From NCBI GenBank assembly GCA_001774555.1, contig MFAI01000036.1, forward strand, positions 67,488 through 102,156: a DNA stretch of 34,669 nt, given 5' to 3'. The notes beneath the pieces are model-generated. The model worked only from the letters and a program-made list of their open reading frames with translations, did not search any database and had not been told where the DNA came from. Positions 27,878 to 34,669 of this stretch are shown one piece after another. A program made the translations under genes and the position numbers. This stretch comes from Candidatus Collierbacteria bacterium RIFCSPLOWO2_01_FULL_50_23. GTDB taxonomy: Bacteria > Patescibacteriota > Microgenomatia > UBA1400 > MFAQ01. Position 1 is the first letter of the stretch, and each line of letters starts with the position of its first letter.

Positions 27878-28369
27878 ATGCCAAAGAGAAACGAGGCAAT
27901 TAACCACACCGACGTCCTTACGGAAGTCAGACAGTTCCTTGAGCCGGGTTTTACCTCTTTTGTTCTGCCCCCATTCGAACAAATCGACAACCTGTATCGC
28001 TATGAAACCTGGACCACCGAATACCAATGGGGAGACAGACCAGACACAATCGTTTATCGCATCGTTCACAAAAACCACGATATTTTTTTTCTCATTCTTC
28101 ACCCAAAGGGATTTAATCAGCGGAAAGAAAACCGGTTTCCCGATTTGGCACTGATCATCCTCAATAAGAGAAGTGACCTGACTATTACCGATCCAGCCAC
28201 CGGCAAGGCCCTCGAGATCCTCAGTCTCTCTGCCACAGACGGCAATGGGTCACCCACCCGGCCCCACCTCTTCGGATTCGATTACCGAATTGATCTTGCC
28301 GAGCTTATCTTATACAACCAAACCCATGGTCAACGCACGAACCAAAAGAGTCTAAGCCCGGATCAATAG
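27878..28369 (+). CDS. Hypothetical protein
   Basis: 163-aa ORF filling the gap, with TATAAT 9 nt before the ATG. Confidence 0.65.
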   Translation: MPKRNEAINHTDVLTEVRQFLEPGFTSFVLPPFEQIDNLYRYETWTTEYQWGDRPDTIVYRIVHKNHDIFFLILHPKGFNQRKENRFPDLALIILNKRSDLTITDPATGKALEILSLSATDGNGSPTRPHLFGFDYRIDLAELILYNQTHGQRTNQKSLSPDQ

Positions 28370-28405
28370 ATTTAGCCTCGACTTTGTGGTACAATAAGCC
28401 TCTGT

Positions 28406-28708
28406 ATGAAAGCCAAATTGCATCCCGACTACCAGCAGACCACCATTACCTGCGCTTGTGGCAACTCTTTCACCACCGGTTCAACCGTCAAGGATCTCAG
28501 GGTAGACATTTGTTTCAAGTGTCATCCTTTTTACACCGGAGAGCACAGGTTCGTCGACACCCTTGGTCGCGTCGACAAGTTTATGGCCAGACGCCAAGCT
28601 GCTGCAGCCATGCCAAAATCCACCAAGAAAGCCAAAAAGGGCCAAGCAGAAATGAAACAAAAAGCCCTAACCCTGAAGGAAATGCTCACCGTGACCAAAA
28701 CTGCCTAG
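28406..28708 (+). CDS. rpmE: 50S ribosomal protein L31 (Zn-binding type, with a C-terminal extension)
   Basis: HPDY, CACG, C..CHPFYTG and GRVDKF. Confidence 0.96.
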   Translation: MKAKLHPDYQQTTITCACGNSFTTGSTVKDLRVDICFKCHPFYTGEHRFVDTLGRVDKFMARRQAAAAMPKSTKKAKKGQAEMKQKALTLKEMLTVTKTA

Positions 28709-28766
28709 TCATTCCGGGCCTGACCCGGAATCTATATAAATAGATTCCCGCCTTCGCGGGAATGAC
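28708..28766. repeat. Palindromic miniature element (GTCATTCC...GGAATGAC; RPE/dRS3-like)
   Basis: gtcattccgggcctgacccggaatc-tatataaata-gattcccgccttcgcgggaatgac: terminal inverted repeats plus two internal hairpins. Confidence 0.85.
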
Positions 28767-28777
28767 ATAATAAATTC

Positions 28778-29746
28778 ATGGATTACCTTTCCAACCAAAT
28801 TAACGAGCTTAAAGAAAAAATCGAGACGAACGAGAAGCTTCTCTCTGACCCCGTTCTGGGTCCACTGGCCACTGAAGAGAACAAAAGCCTACAAGAACAA
28901 CTTCAGGCGCTTGAGTCCGCCGGAAGAAGCGCCCAGGAGACGGACGGAGATGGAACGGACCCGTCCTATTCCCCTGCCACGATCGAAATTCGAGCCGCCG
29001 CCGGAGGTGATGAGGCCCAGATCTTTGCCAATGACCTGACCCGGATGTACATCCGTTTTGCCACAAATCAGGGTTTCAAAGTTGACCTGATCGACGAGAA
29101 TATTATCCGGATTCACATCGGTAAAAATAACTCCTGGGGACACGGCGCCTATGAAACTTTTTCGGTCGAGTCTGGTGTCCATCGTGTCCAACGCGTTCCG
29201 GAAACCGAGTCTGCCGGCCGAATTCACACCAGCACTGCCACAGTCGCCGTTTTGCCGATAATTCCTCCAAAAGCCGTCGAGGTTAAAGAAGCGGACCTGG
29301 AGTGGCAATTCACCACCGCCGGTGGCCCTGGTGGCCAAAACGTCAACAAGGTCAATACCGCGGTCAGACTGACCCACAAACCCACCGGTATCGTCGTCGC
29401 CGTCCGCGAGGAACGTTACCAGGCAAGAAACAAAGAAATCGCCCTCGAGATACTCCGGAGTAAACTCTGGGAGCGCGAAGAACAGCAACGACTAAGCAAA
29501 GTCGAGTCCGGACGGGCCGCCGCTGTTGGCCGCGGCATGCGTTCCGAAAAAATCAAGACCTACAACTTTCCCCAGAATCGCCTCACCGACCACCGTCTGA
29601 CCAAAAACTGGTATTCTCTCAAAGAAATCATTGAGGGTGACCTTTCTGACGTTCTAACATATACCCTCGAGCACCTCGGCCTGCCCGCAGATGCCACGGC
29701 GTTGCAGGCGGGCAAAGACAAAGTACCTGAAGAAGCAAGGGAATAA
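28778..29746 (+). CDS. prfA: Peptide chain release factor 1
   Basis: PxT specificity motif (VPETE), GGQ and YNFPQNR.TDHR. Confidence 0.95.
   Translation: MDYLSNQINELKEKIETNEKLLSDPVLGPLATEENKSLQEQLQALESAGRSAQETDGDGTDPSYSPATIEIRAAAGGDEAQIFANDLTRMYIRFATNQGFKVDLIDENIIRIHIGKNNSWGHGAYETFSVESGVHRVQRVPETESAGRIHTSTATVAVLPIIPPKAVEVKEADLEWQFTTAGGPGGQNVNKVNTAVRLTHKPTGIVVAVREERYQARNKEIALEILRSKLWEREEQQRLSKVESGRAAAVGRGMRSEKIKTYNFPQNRLTDHRLTKNWYSLKEIIEGDLSDVLTYTLEHLGLPADATALQAGKDKVPEEARE
29680..29714. repeat. Intragenic palindromic repeat in the prfA tail ([11 protein letters not shown])
   Basis: tgcccgc...gcgggca stem with the cctgcccgc core. Confidence 0.75.
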
Positions 29747-29750
29747 CAGA

Positions 29751-29844
29751 GGGCGCAGCAAAGCAAATTTTACGCGCGCAGCGAAACCGTGTCCTGTATT
29801 CAGGAACCGGGAGTCGAGCACGGAAAAATTTCGCTTGTGAGCCC
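29751..29844. other. Structured intergenic element between convergent prfA and ctpA
   Basis: Nested inverted repeats gggc/gccc, aaatttt/aaaattt, ccgtg/cacgg and tcctg/cagga. Confidence 0.5.
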
Positions 29845-29854
29845 CGGGAAAACA

Positions 29855-31078
29855 TTATTTCGCCGCGGTGATCACTCCATTCAATACCTCAACCGCGCGA
29901 TCGAGCTGATTATCCTTCTCCGGATTCTTTTCATCGGCCACATACTCGATCAACACATCCGGCTCGATCCCCTCTTTGTGAATATTTTTCCCAGAGGGCA
30001 GGTTCCACTTGGCGATCGTAATGTGAATACCGGCGCCGCCGGGCAGGTCCTCCACTTCCTGGACCGTGCCTTTGCCGAAAGTCTTTTCACCCACCAATTT
30101 CACCCCCAGTCTTTCCTTGAGCGCACCCGAAAGGATCTCCGCCGCCGAGGCCGAGCCCTTGTTCACCAGGACAACTAGCGGCACTCCAATCAGTCTACCG
30201 GGTCGGTCAACCCCAAAGCTCTCGGTCTGATCAACTCCCTGTTGCTGGACGATAGTTCCGGAAGTAATAAACTCACTCCCCAAATCGATCGCTCTTTGCA
30301 AATACCCGCCTGGGTTATTACGTAGGTCCAGAACTATCCCCGAACCTTTCTTGTTGATATACTCAGAAACCGCCTTGTCCCACTCATCCAAAGTTTTGTC
30401 CCCAAACCGATTGACTTTTATCTGGGCAATTTTCTTATCCTTCCCCACCCAAGTCAGCTCTACCGATGGAACATTAATAGTGTCGCGAACCAAGGTGATC
30501 TCTTTCGACTTGGCGTCTTTTTCATGATAAATCGTCAGGGTAACGCTCGTCCCCTTCTTGCCGCGAATATAGCCCACCGCATCCATCAGATTGATACCGT
30601 TGGTGTCCTTATCAACCTCGTTAGCCTCATCCTTGATATGAAGAATTAGATCCCCGGCCCTGATGCCGGCCCGCTCGGCCGGATTTCCGGGCAGCGGCGT
30701 CATTACCGCCAAAGTTTTGTCAATAAATCCGAGCTGAATCCCAACCCCGGAAAACTCACCCGAGAGGTCTTCCTTGGTCCTTTTGTTCTCCGCAGGAGGG
30801 AAAAACGAGGTGTAGGGATCATCCAGGGCGGCAGTCATCCCCTCGATCGCCCCGAAGACCATTTTCTTCGGATCCAAGTCTTTCTTATCCAAGTAGTTAT
30901 TCTCCAGTCTACTCCAAACATCCCAGAATAGAGTCAAGTCCGCCTTCGGAGTGCCATCGGCGGCGATACCTTGTGCCAAACCGGCTTTCTTCCCAAAAGA
31001 ATACGAAACCAAAGAAGAAACCGTCACCAAGAGGATACAAATCACCACAAAACGGATCCTGGCTAAAAACATCATCAT
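29855..31078 (-). CDS. ctpA: S41 C-terminal processing protease (PDZ + peptidase domains)
   Basis: DPYTSF, GVGI PDZ loop, DLRNNPGG, SASAAE and TFGKG. Confidence 0.93.
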   Translation of the reverse strand: MMMFLARIRFVVICILLVTVSSLVSYSFGKKAGLAQGIAADGTPKADLTLFWDVWSRLENNYLDKKDLDPKKMVFGAIEGMTAALDDPYTSFFPPAENKRTKEDLSGEFSGVGIQLGFIDKTLAVMTPLPGNPAERAGIRAGDLILHIKDEANEVDKDTNGINLMDAVGYIRGKKGTSVTLTIYHEKDAKSKEITLVRDTINVPSVELTWVGKDKKIAQIKVNRFGDKTLDEWDKAVSEYINKKGSGIVLDLRNNPGGYLQRAIDLGSEFITSGTIVQQQGVDQTESFGVDRPGRLIGVPLVVLVNKGSASAAEILSGALKERLGVKLVGEKTFGKGTVQEVEDLPGGAGIHITIAKWNLPSGKNIHKEGIEPDVLIEYVADEKNPEKDNQLDRAVEVLNGVITAAK

Positions 31079-31314
31079 TACAGTCTACCGTCAAAAGGCA
31101 AAAGTGCCAAGTGCCTGGCGCGTTTTACAGCCATCGATAATCTCTTCTGGTGCTTTTGACAAAGTCCGGTAAGAAGCCGGCTGACAATTCTGTCCTTATT
31201 TGAAAGTCCGACACGAAGACTCTCGATGTCTTTGAAGTCAGGTTCGGTTTTCTTCACACAAAAAACACAGGGCTTGTTGCTTTTCCTAATTTTTTTCTTT
31301 ACTGGCTGTGCCAT
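31078..31314 (-). CDS. rpsR: 30S ribosomal protein S18
   Basis: CVFC, DFKD, TGLC.KHQ and KRAR.LALLP. Confidence 0.96.
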   Translation of the reverse strand: MAQPVKKKIRKSNKPCVFCVKKTEPDFKDIESLRVGLSNKDRIVSRLLTGLCQKHQKRLSMAVKRARHLALLPFDGRL

Positions 31315-31343
31315 ATCTATTCTCTGCTCCTAGTATTGATAAC

Positions 31344-31844
31344 TTAAAATGGAATATCATCGGCGACTTCTTCTGCCCTTGACTTGGTGCTCTTCCTTAT
31401 TTTTTTCGGGGCCTCCGCCTGCTTTTCCTCATTGCCAAAAACAGCCGCGGCCTCATCTGCAGTCGGTTCCGGTGAAACATAACTCTCCTCCGTCATTTGT
31501 CCGCTCTTACCCTCGCCAAAAGCGATCATCTCATCAATCACAATTTCGGTCGTGGTCCGCTCAGCACCGTCCTGACCTTGCCAATTTCTGGTTTGCAGTC
31601 TCCCTTGGACATAAGCCTTGCGGCCCTTAAAAAGCAATTGAGAGCAGATCTCCGCCAACTTGTTCCAAGCGACGATCTTGTGAAACTCTACCGCTTCTTG
31701 TTTTTGGCCGGAAGCATCCGCCCACTCACGGTTTGTCGCAAGACCAAAGGTACAAACAGCCGTTCCCTGAGGAGTATAGCGGAGCTCCGGATCACGGGTT
31801 AGGTTCCCGATCAAGATTACTTTATTCAAACTGCGAGAACTCAT
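31344..31844 (-). CDS. ssb: Single-stranded DNA-binding protein
   Basis: NKVILIGNLTRDPELRYT and C-terminal DDIPF. Confidence 0.98.
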   Translation of the reverse strand: MSSRSLNKVILIGNLTRDPELRYTPQGTAVCTFGLATNREWADASGQKQEAVEFHKIVAWNKLAEICSQLLFKGRKAYVQGRLQTRNWQGQDGAERTTTEIVIDEMIAFGEGKSGQMTEESYVSPEPTADEAAAVFGNEEKQAEAPKKIRKSTKSRAEEVADDIPF

Positions 31845-32164
31845 TATTTGGTCTCCTTCCCCACTTTGACTGCTTTTTTGGCGGGAACCTTAGCGTCGCT
31901 CTTAACTAAAAGGTGGCGTAGTAAACTTTCGTCCAGCTTCAGGGAGTTCGCCAGAGTTTTGGTGTCCCCGCCTTCAATGACTAGCCTCAGATAATATGCT
32001 TTCGTTTCTTTTTTGATCGGATAAGCCAGTTGTTTGATCCCCCATTTATCCACCTCTACAACCTTGAATTTGCTCGCCTTAGAAAGATCAGCCAGGGTTT
32101 TTTCGGCCATGATGTCATTCATCTTAGTCGGAAAAAGGGCGATGAGTTCATATTGAGTTTCCAT
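31844..32164 (-). CDS. rpsF: 30S ribosomal protein S6
   Basis: YEL, WG.K.LAYPIKK and LR.L; rpsF-ssb-rpsR synteny. Confidence 0.95.
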   Translation of the reverse strand: METQYELIALFPTKMNDIMAEKTLADLSKASKFKVVEVDKWGIKQLAYPIKKETKAYYLRLVIEGGDTKTLANSLKLDESLLRHLLVKSDAKVPAKKAVKVGKETK

Positions 32165-32197
32165 ATCCAACCTATTTTACCCGAAAACGCCCAAAAA

Positions 32198-32863
32198 TTA
32201 CAGTCCCCAGCCATCGGAGAGGGCAAAAAGGTACAACTCCTTTGCCAACTCGGCCCCCCGCCACCGATCAGCCCACCGCTCAACCCCCTCCATGTTAATA
32301 ACGCCTCGGCTAGAAAGACCCTTAACCACCTCAACCACTTCCAGGGCTACCGCCTTACCGATGGAAAAATCATCCGCTTCGAGTGGTCCGGCGAAGTGAT
32401 CCCACCAATAGCGAAGATTTCTTGATCCCACTTTCCCGTCAACCGGCCGGCCCTCCCGCTTTCCCAAACGCTCCCTGATACCAGCCGCATTGCTTAGATA
32501 GTGGACAAACAGAGCCATCCCTTCGATTACCTCAGGGAGCCAGACACGATCTTCCAATTCCAGAACCAGTCTCACCCCATCTCCCCCCGCCCCGCCGCGG
32601 GCAAAAGATTGGGCCAACACCCTTGTCTCCTCATAGACCGTCAAGAGAGCACAGATCTCAGAAAAACTAAATTTACCATCAATCTCACTCCTGGCCTCAA
32701 TTGCAGGCAAAATCTCAGTGAGACCAAGGGCATTGGCTTTTTGATGAGGGGCATAAACTCCCCCACCTTTCCTATCCATCGTCCTCAACTGATCAAGAAT
32801 GCCTGCCGGTAACCGGTCGAAATAAATTCTCGCATCCTCCAAAAGCAGTTCGTTTTTTCCCAT
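32198..32863 (-). CDS. Hypothetical protein
   Basis: 221-aa ORF filling the ychF-rpsF gap on the same strand. Confidence 0.7.
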   Translation of the reverse strand: MGKNELLLEDARIYFDRLPAGILDQLRTMDRKGGGVYAPHQKANALGLTEILPAIEARSEIDGKFSFSEICALLTVYEETRVLAQSFARGGAGGDGVRLVLELEDRVWLPEVIEGMALFVHYLSNAAGIRERLGKREGRPVDGKVGSRNLRYWWDHFAGPLEADDFSIGKAVALEVVEVVKGLSSRGVINMEGVERWADRWRGAELAKELYLFALSDGWGL

Positions 32864-32885
32864 ACGCCAATCATATCAGGCCGTG

Positions 32886-33971
32886 TCAACTCCCAATCAT
32901 GAACTCCACCACATCACCGTCCCGCATGACATACTCCCTACCCTCCACCCTGACCTTACCAGCTTCGGATGCCCCCTTCCAGCCATTCTGCGCCACAAAA
33001 TCGCCGTAGGTACAAACCTTGGCTTTGATAAATTTTTTGGTGAAATCGGTATGGATCACTCCGGCGGCCTCGGGCGCTTTCATCCCGGACTCGATCGTCC
33101 AGGCTCTTGCCTCAAGCTCTCCGGCGGTCAGGAAGCTGATCTTCCCGAGGGTCTCGTAGGCTTTCCTGATCAGTTTATCCAATCCCGACTCTTTTATTCC
33201 CAATTCAGAAAGGTACGCCTTCGCCTCCGCCTCAGGCAGTTCAGACAGCTCCGCTTCGATCTTCGCGCTGATCACCACCTCTTCACCGGAGTATTCCTTT
33301 AGGCGCTGGTCGTCCTCGCTCACATTCAGAACCCTGATCTCCTTCTTCATTGTCAGCAAATACAGGTCCGTCGCCAATTTCCACTCCTCACCGGAAGAGA
33401 GTACTTCCCGAGCCGGTCTTCCGGCGTCCAAACCGGTATAGAGCTTCTCCGCCAACTCCCTCTTCTTCTCCAGCCCATTTTCCCGCAGCGTCTTACTCTC
33501 CTTCATCTTCTGGATCGTCTCCAGATCCTTCAGAATAAGTTCCGCGGTAACCACTTCATAGTCGGATTTCGGGTCGACACCCTGCCCGCCAAACTGCGTA
33601 GCTGTCGGCGTGGTCCCCTCCCTTGCCCAAACGATCTCTTTGTCCTCAAACGCACGCAGTACCTGGACGATCACATCCACCTCCCGGATATGGGAAAGAA
33701 ACTTATTCCCAAGCCCCGCTCCACTTGCCGCTCCGGCCACCAATCCGGCAATATCAACGAATTCAACCGTGGCATAGACAATTTTTGAAGTGCCTACGAT
33801 CTCTGCCAGCACTGACAATCGCTCATCCGGGACCTCTACCACCCCCACATTTGGCTCAATCGTGGCAAAAGGATAGTTTGCCACCAGCGCTTGCTGACGC
33901 TTCAAAAGGGCATTAAACAGCGTTGACTTCCCCACATTCGGCAAGCCAACGATTCCTACTTTCAAACTCAT
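32886..33971 (-). CDS. ychF: Ribosome-binding ATPase YchF
   Basis: GIVGLPNVGKST, NYPFATIEPN, DIAGLV, AGVIHTDF and a TGS domain. Start at MSLKV. Confidence 0.97.
   Translation of the reverse strand: MSLKVGIVGLPNVGKSTLFNALLKRQQALVANYPFATIEPNVGVVEVPDERLSVLAEIVGTSKIVYATVEFVDIAGLVAGAASGAGLGNKFLSHIREVDVIVQVLRAFEDKEIVWAREGTTPTATQFGGQGVDPKSDYEVVTAELILKDLETIQKMKESKTLRENGLEKKRELAEKLYTGLDAGRPAREVLSSGEEWKLATDLYLLTMKKEIRVLNVSEDDQRLKEYSGEEVVISAKIEAELSELPEAEAKAYLSELGIKESGLDKLIRKAYETLGKISFLTAGELEARAWTIESGMKAPEAAGVIHTDFTKKFIKAKVCTYGDFVAQNGWKGASEAGKVRVEGREYVMRDGDVVEFMIGS
33581..33614. repeat. 34-bp intragenic repeat, copy B (encodes TTPTATQFGGQ)
   Basis: 27/34 identical to 22067-22100. Confidence 0.85.
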
Positions 33972-34087
33972 GGGGCTAATTTTACCCGATTCCGCCCGAA
34001 CTCCGTACGGAGTTGTCATAATTCATCATTATTCCTTTCTTGAGAAAGACTTCACCCATATATGCTAAACAGAGAAGTCTCTGCCAA

Positions 34088-34498
34088 ATGGGCATGTCAA
34101 GCCTCAAAAAACTGTCACTGTTCATCATCATCTCCAATGTACTTAGCAATGATCAGGCCACCCACACGTTTAATCCGGTTGATCTTGCCGTGATTACAGC
34201 CCCACTGTCCAATGGTGATAGTGGTCATTTGTTTTTCGCCAACCCTACCTCCCGTTCAATTGCGGGCTTCGGCTTCGTTACCGGCTTTAACTGGGCCCTC
34301 CGCCAGGGCCATGCCGAAAAAGCTGTTGCTAGAATTCACGAACTAAGACTGAAGGTCACGGGTCCGGTCCGAGACCGACTTGATCGCCTAACGACCTACC
34401 TGGAACAGTTCATGGCCACCACCAGTCTCACGGCCGAGTATCAGGAGGGGAAGATCAGTCATCGGGAGATATTGGACTCGATCGGCGCCTACGATTAA
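34088..34498 (+). CDS. Hypothetical protein (start uncertain)
   Basis: ORF divergent from ychF and convergent with spoVR; no recognised motif. Confidence 0.55.
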   Translation: MGMSSLKKLSLFIIISNVLSNDQATHTFNPVDLAVITAPLSNGDSGHLFFANPTSRSIAGFGFVTGFNWALRQGHAEKAVARIHELRLKVTGPVRDRLDRLTTYLEQFMATTSLTAEYQEGKISHREILDSIGAYD

Positions 34499-34669
34499 CT
34501 ACTCCATTGTTACGCCATCTTCATCACACGAAAATATCTTCAAACTATCATTGACGGTTGTTTCCAGATGTACCGGCCGGCCCCAGAGACGATAAATGTA
34601 CGGCAGGGTTTTCTTTAGGTACTCAAGATCCAGCTCGTCACCATCATAATAATGACTCAGGTAGAGTTC
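34499..34669 (-). CDS. spoVR: SpoVR family protein, C-terminal fragment running off the window
   Basis: Manual translation ELYLSHYYDGDELDLEYLKKTLPYIYRLWGRPVHLETTV...ME* carries the SpoVR C-terminal LWGR.V.LET motif. It is absent from the supplied ORF track. Confidence 0.85.
   Translation of the reverse strand, partial: ELYLSHYYDGDELDLEYLKKTLPYIYRLWGRPVHLETTVNDSLKIFSCDEDGVTME

Overview
A gene-dense bacterial chromosome segment using genetic code 11 (TGA is a stop). I infer a Patescibacteria (CPR) genome, probably Microgenomates, from the shortened YebC and RF1, KMGRG-type EF-P, scarce Shine-Dalgarno sites and 'LPAGRQ'-type palindromic repeats. Housekeeping genes: gyrB-ppaC-gyrA, a Xer recombinase, yebC, a Kef-type antiporter, lgt-dksA-lspA-rluA, efp, tRNA-Leu(CAA), intein-containing dnaB, hisS, rpmE, prfA, ctpA, rpsF-ssb-rpsR, ychF and the 3' end of a spoVR homologue. 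Main observations: (1) A His-specific transcriptional T-box riboswitch leads an operon in which two paralogous uncharacterised proteins, possibly CDPS/class-I-aaRS-like, precede hisS and an EamA exporter. (2) The 3' end of the xer gene occurs three times within 1.8 kb, with synonymous differences only, and the copies bracket accessory genes, which suggests serial gene capture at the recombinase's own 3' end. (3) A 750-bp non-coding region beside xer holds a dif-like 11-6-11 site and a candidate structured RNA. (4) Short palindromic repeats are inserted in frame into ychF, an MBL-fold gene and prfA. (5) The gyrase carries natural substitutions at quinolone-resistance positions. No database searches were run; family calls come from recognising motifs by eye.
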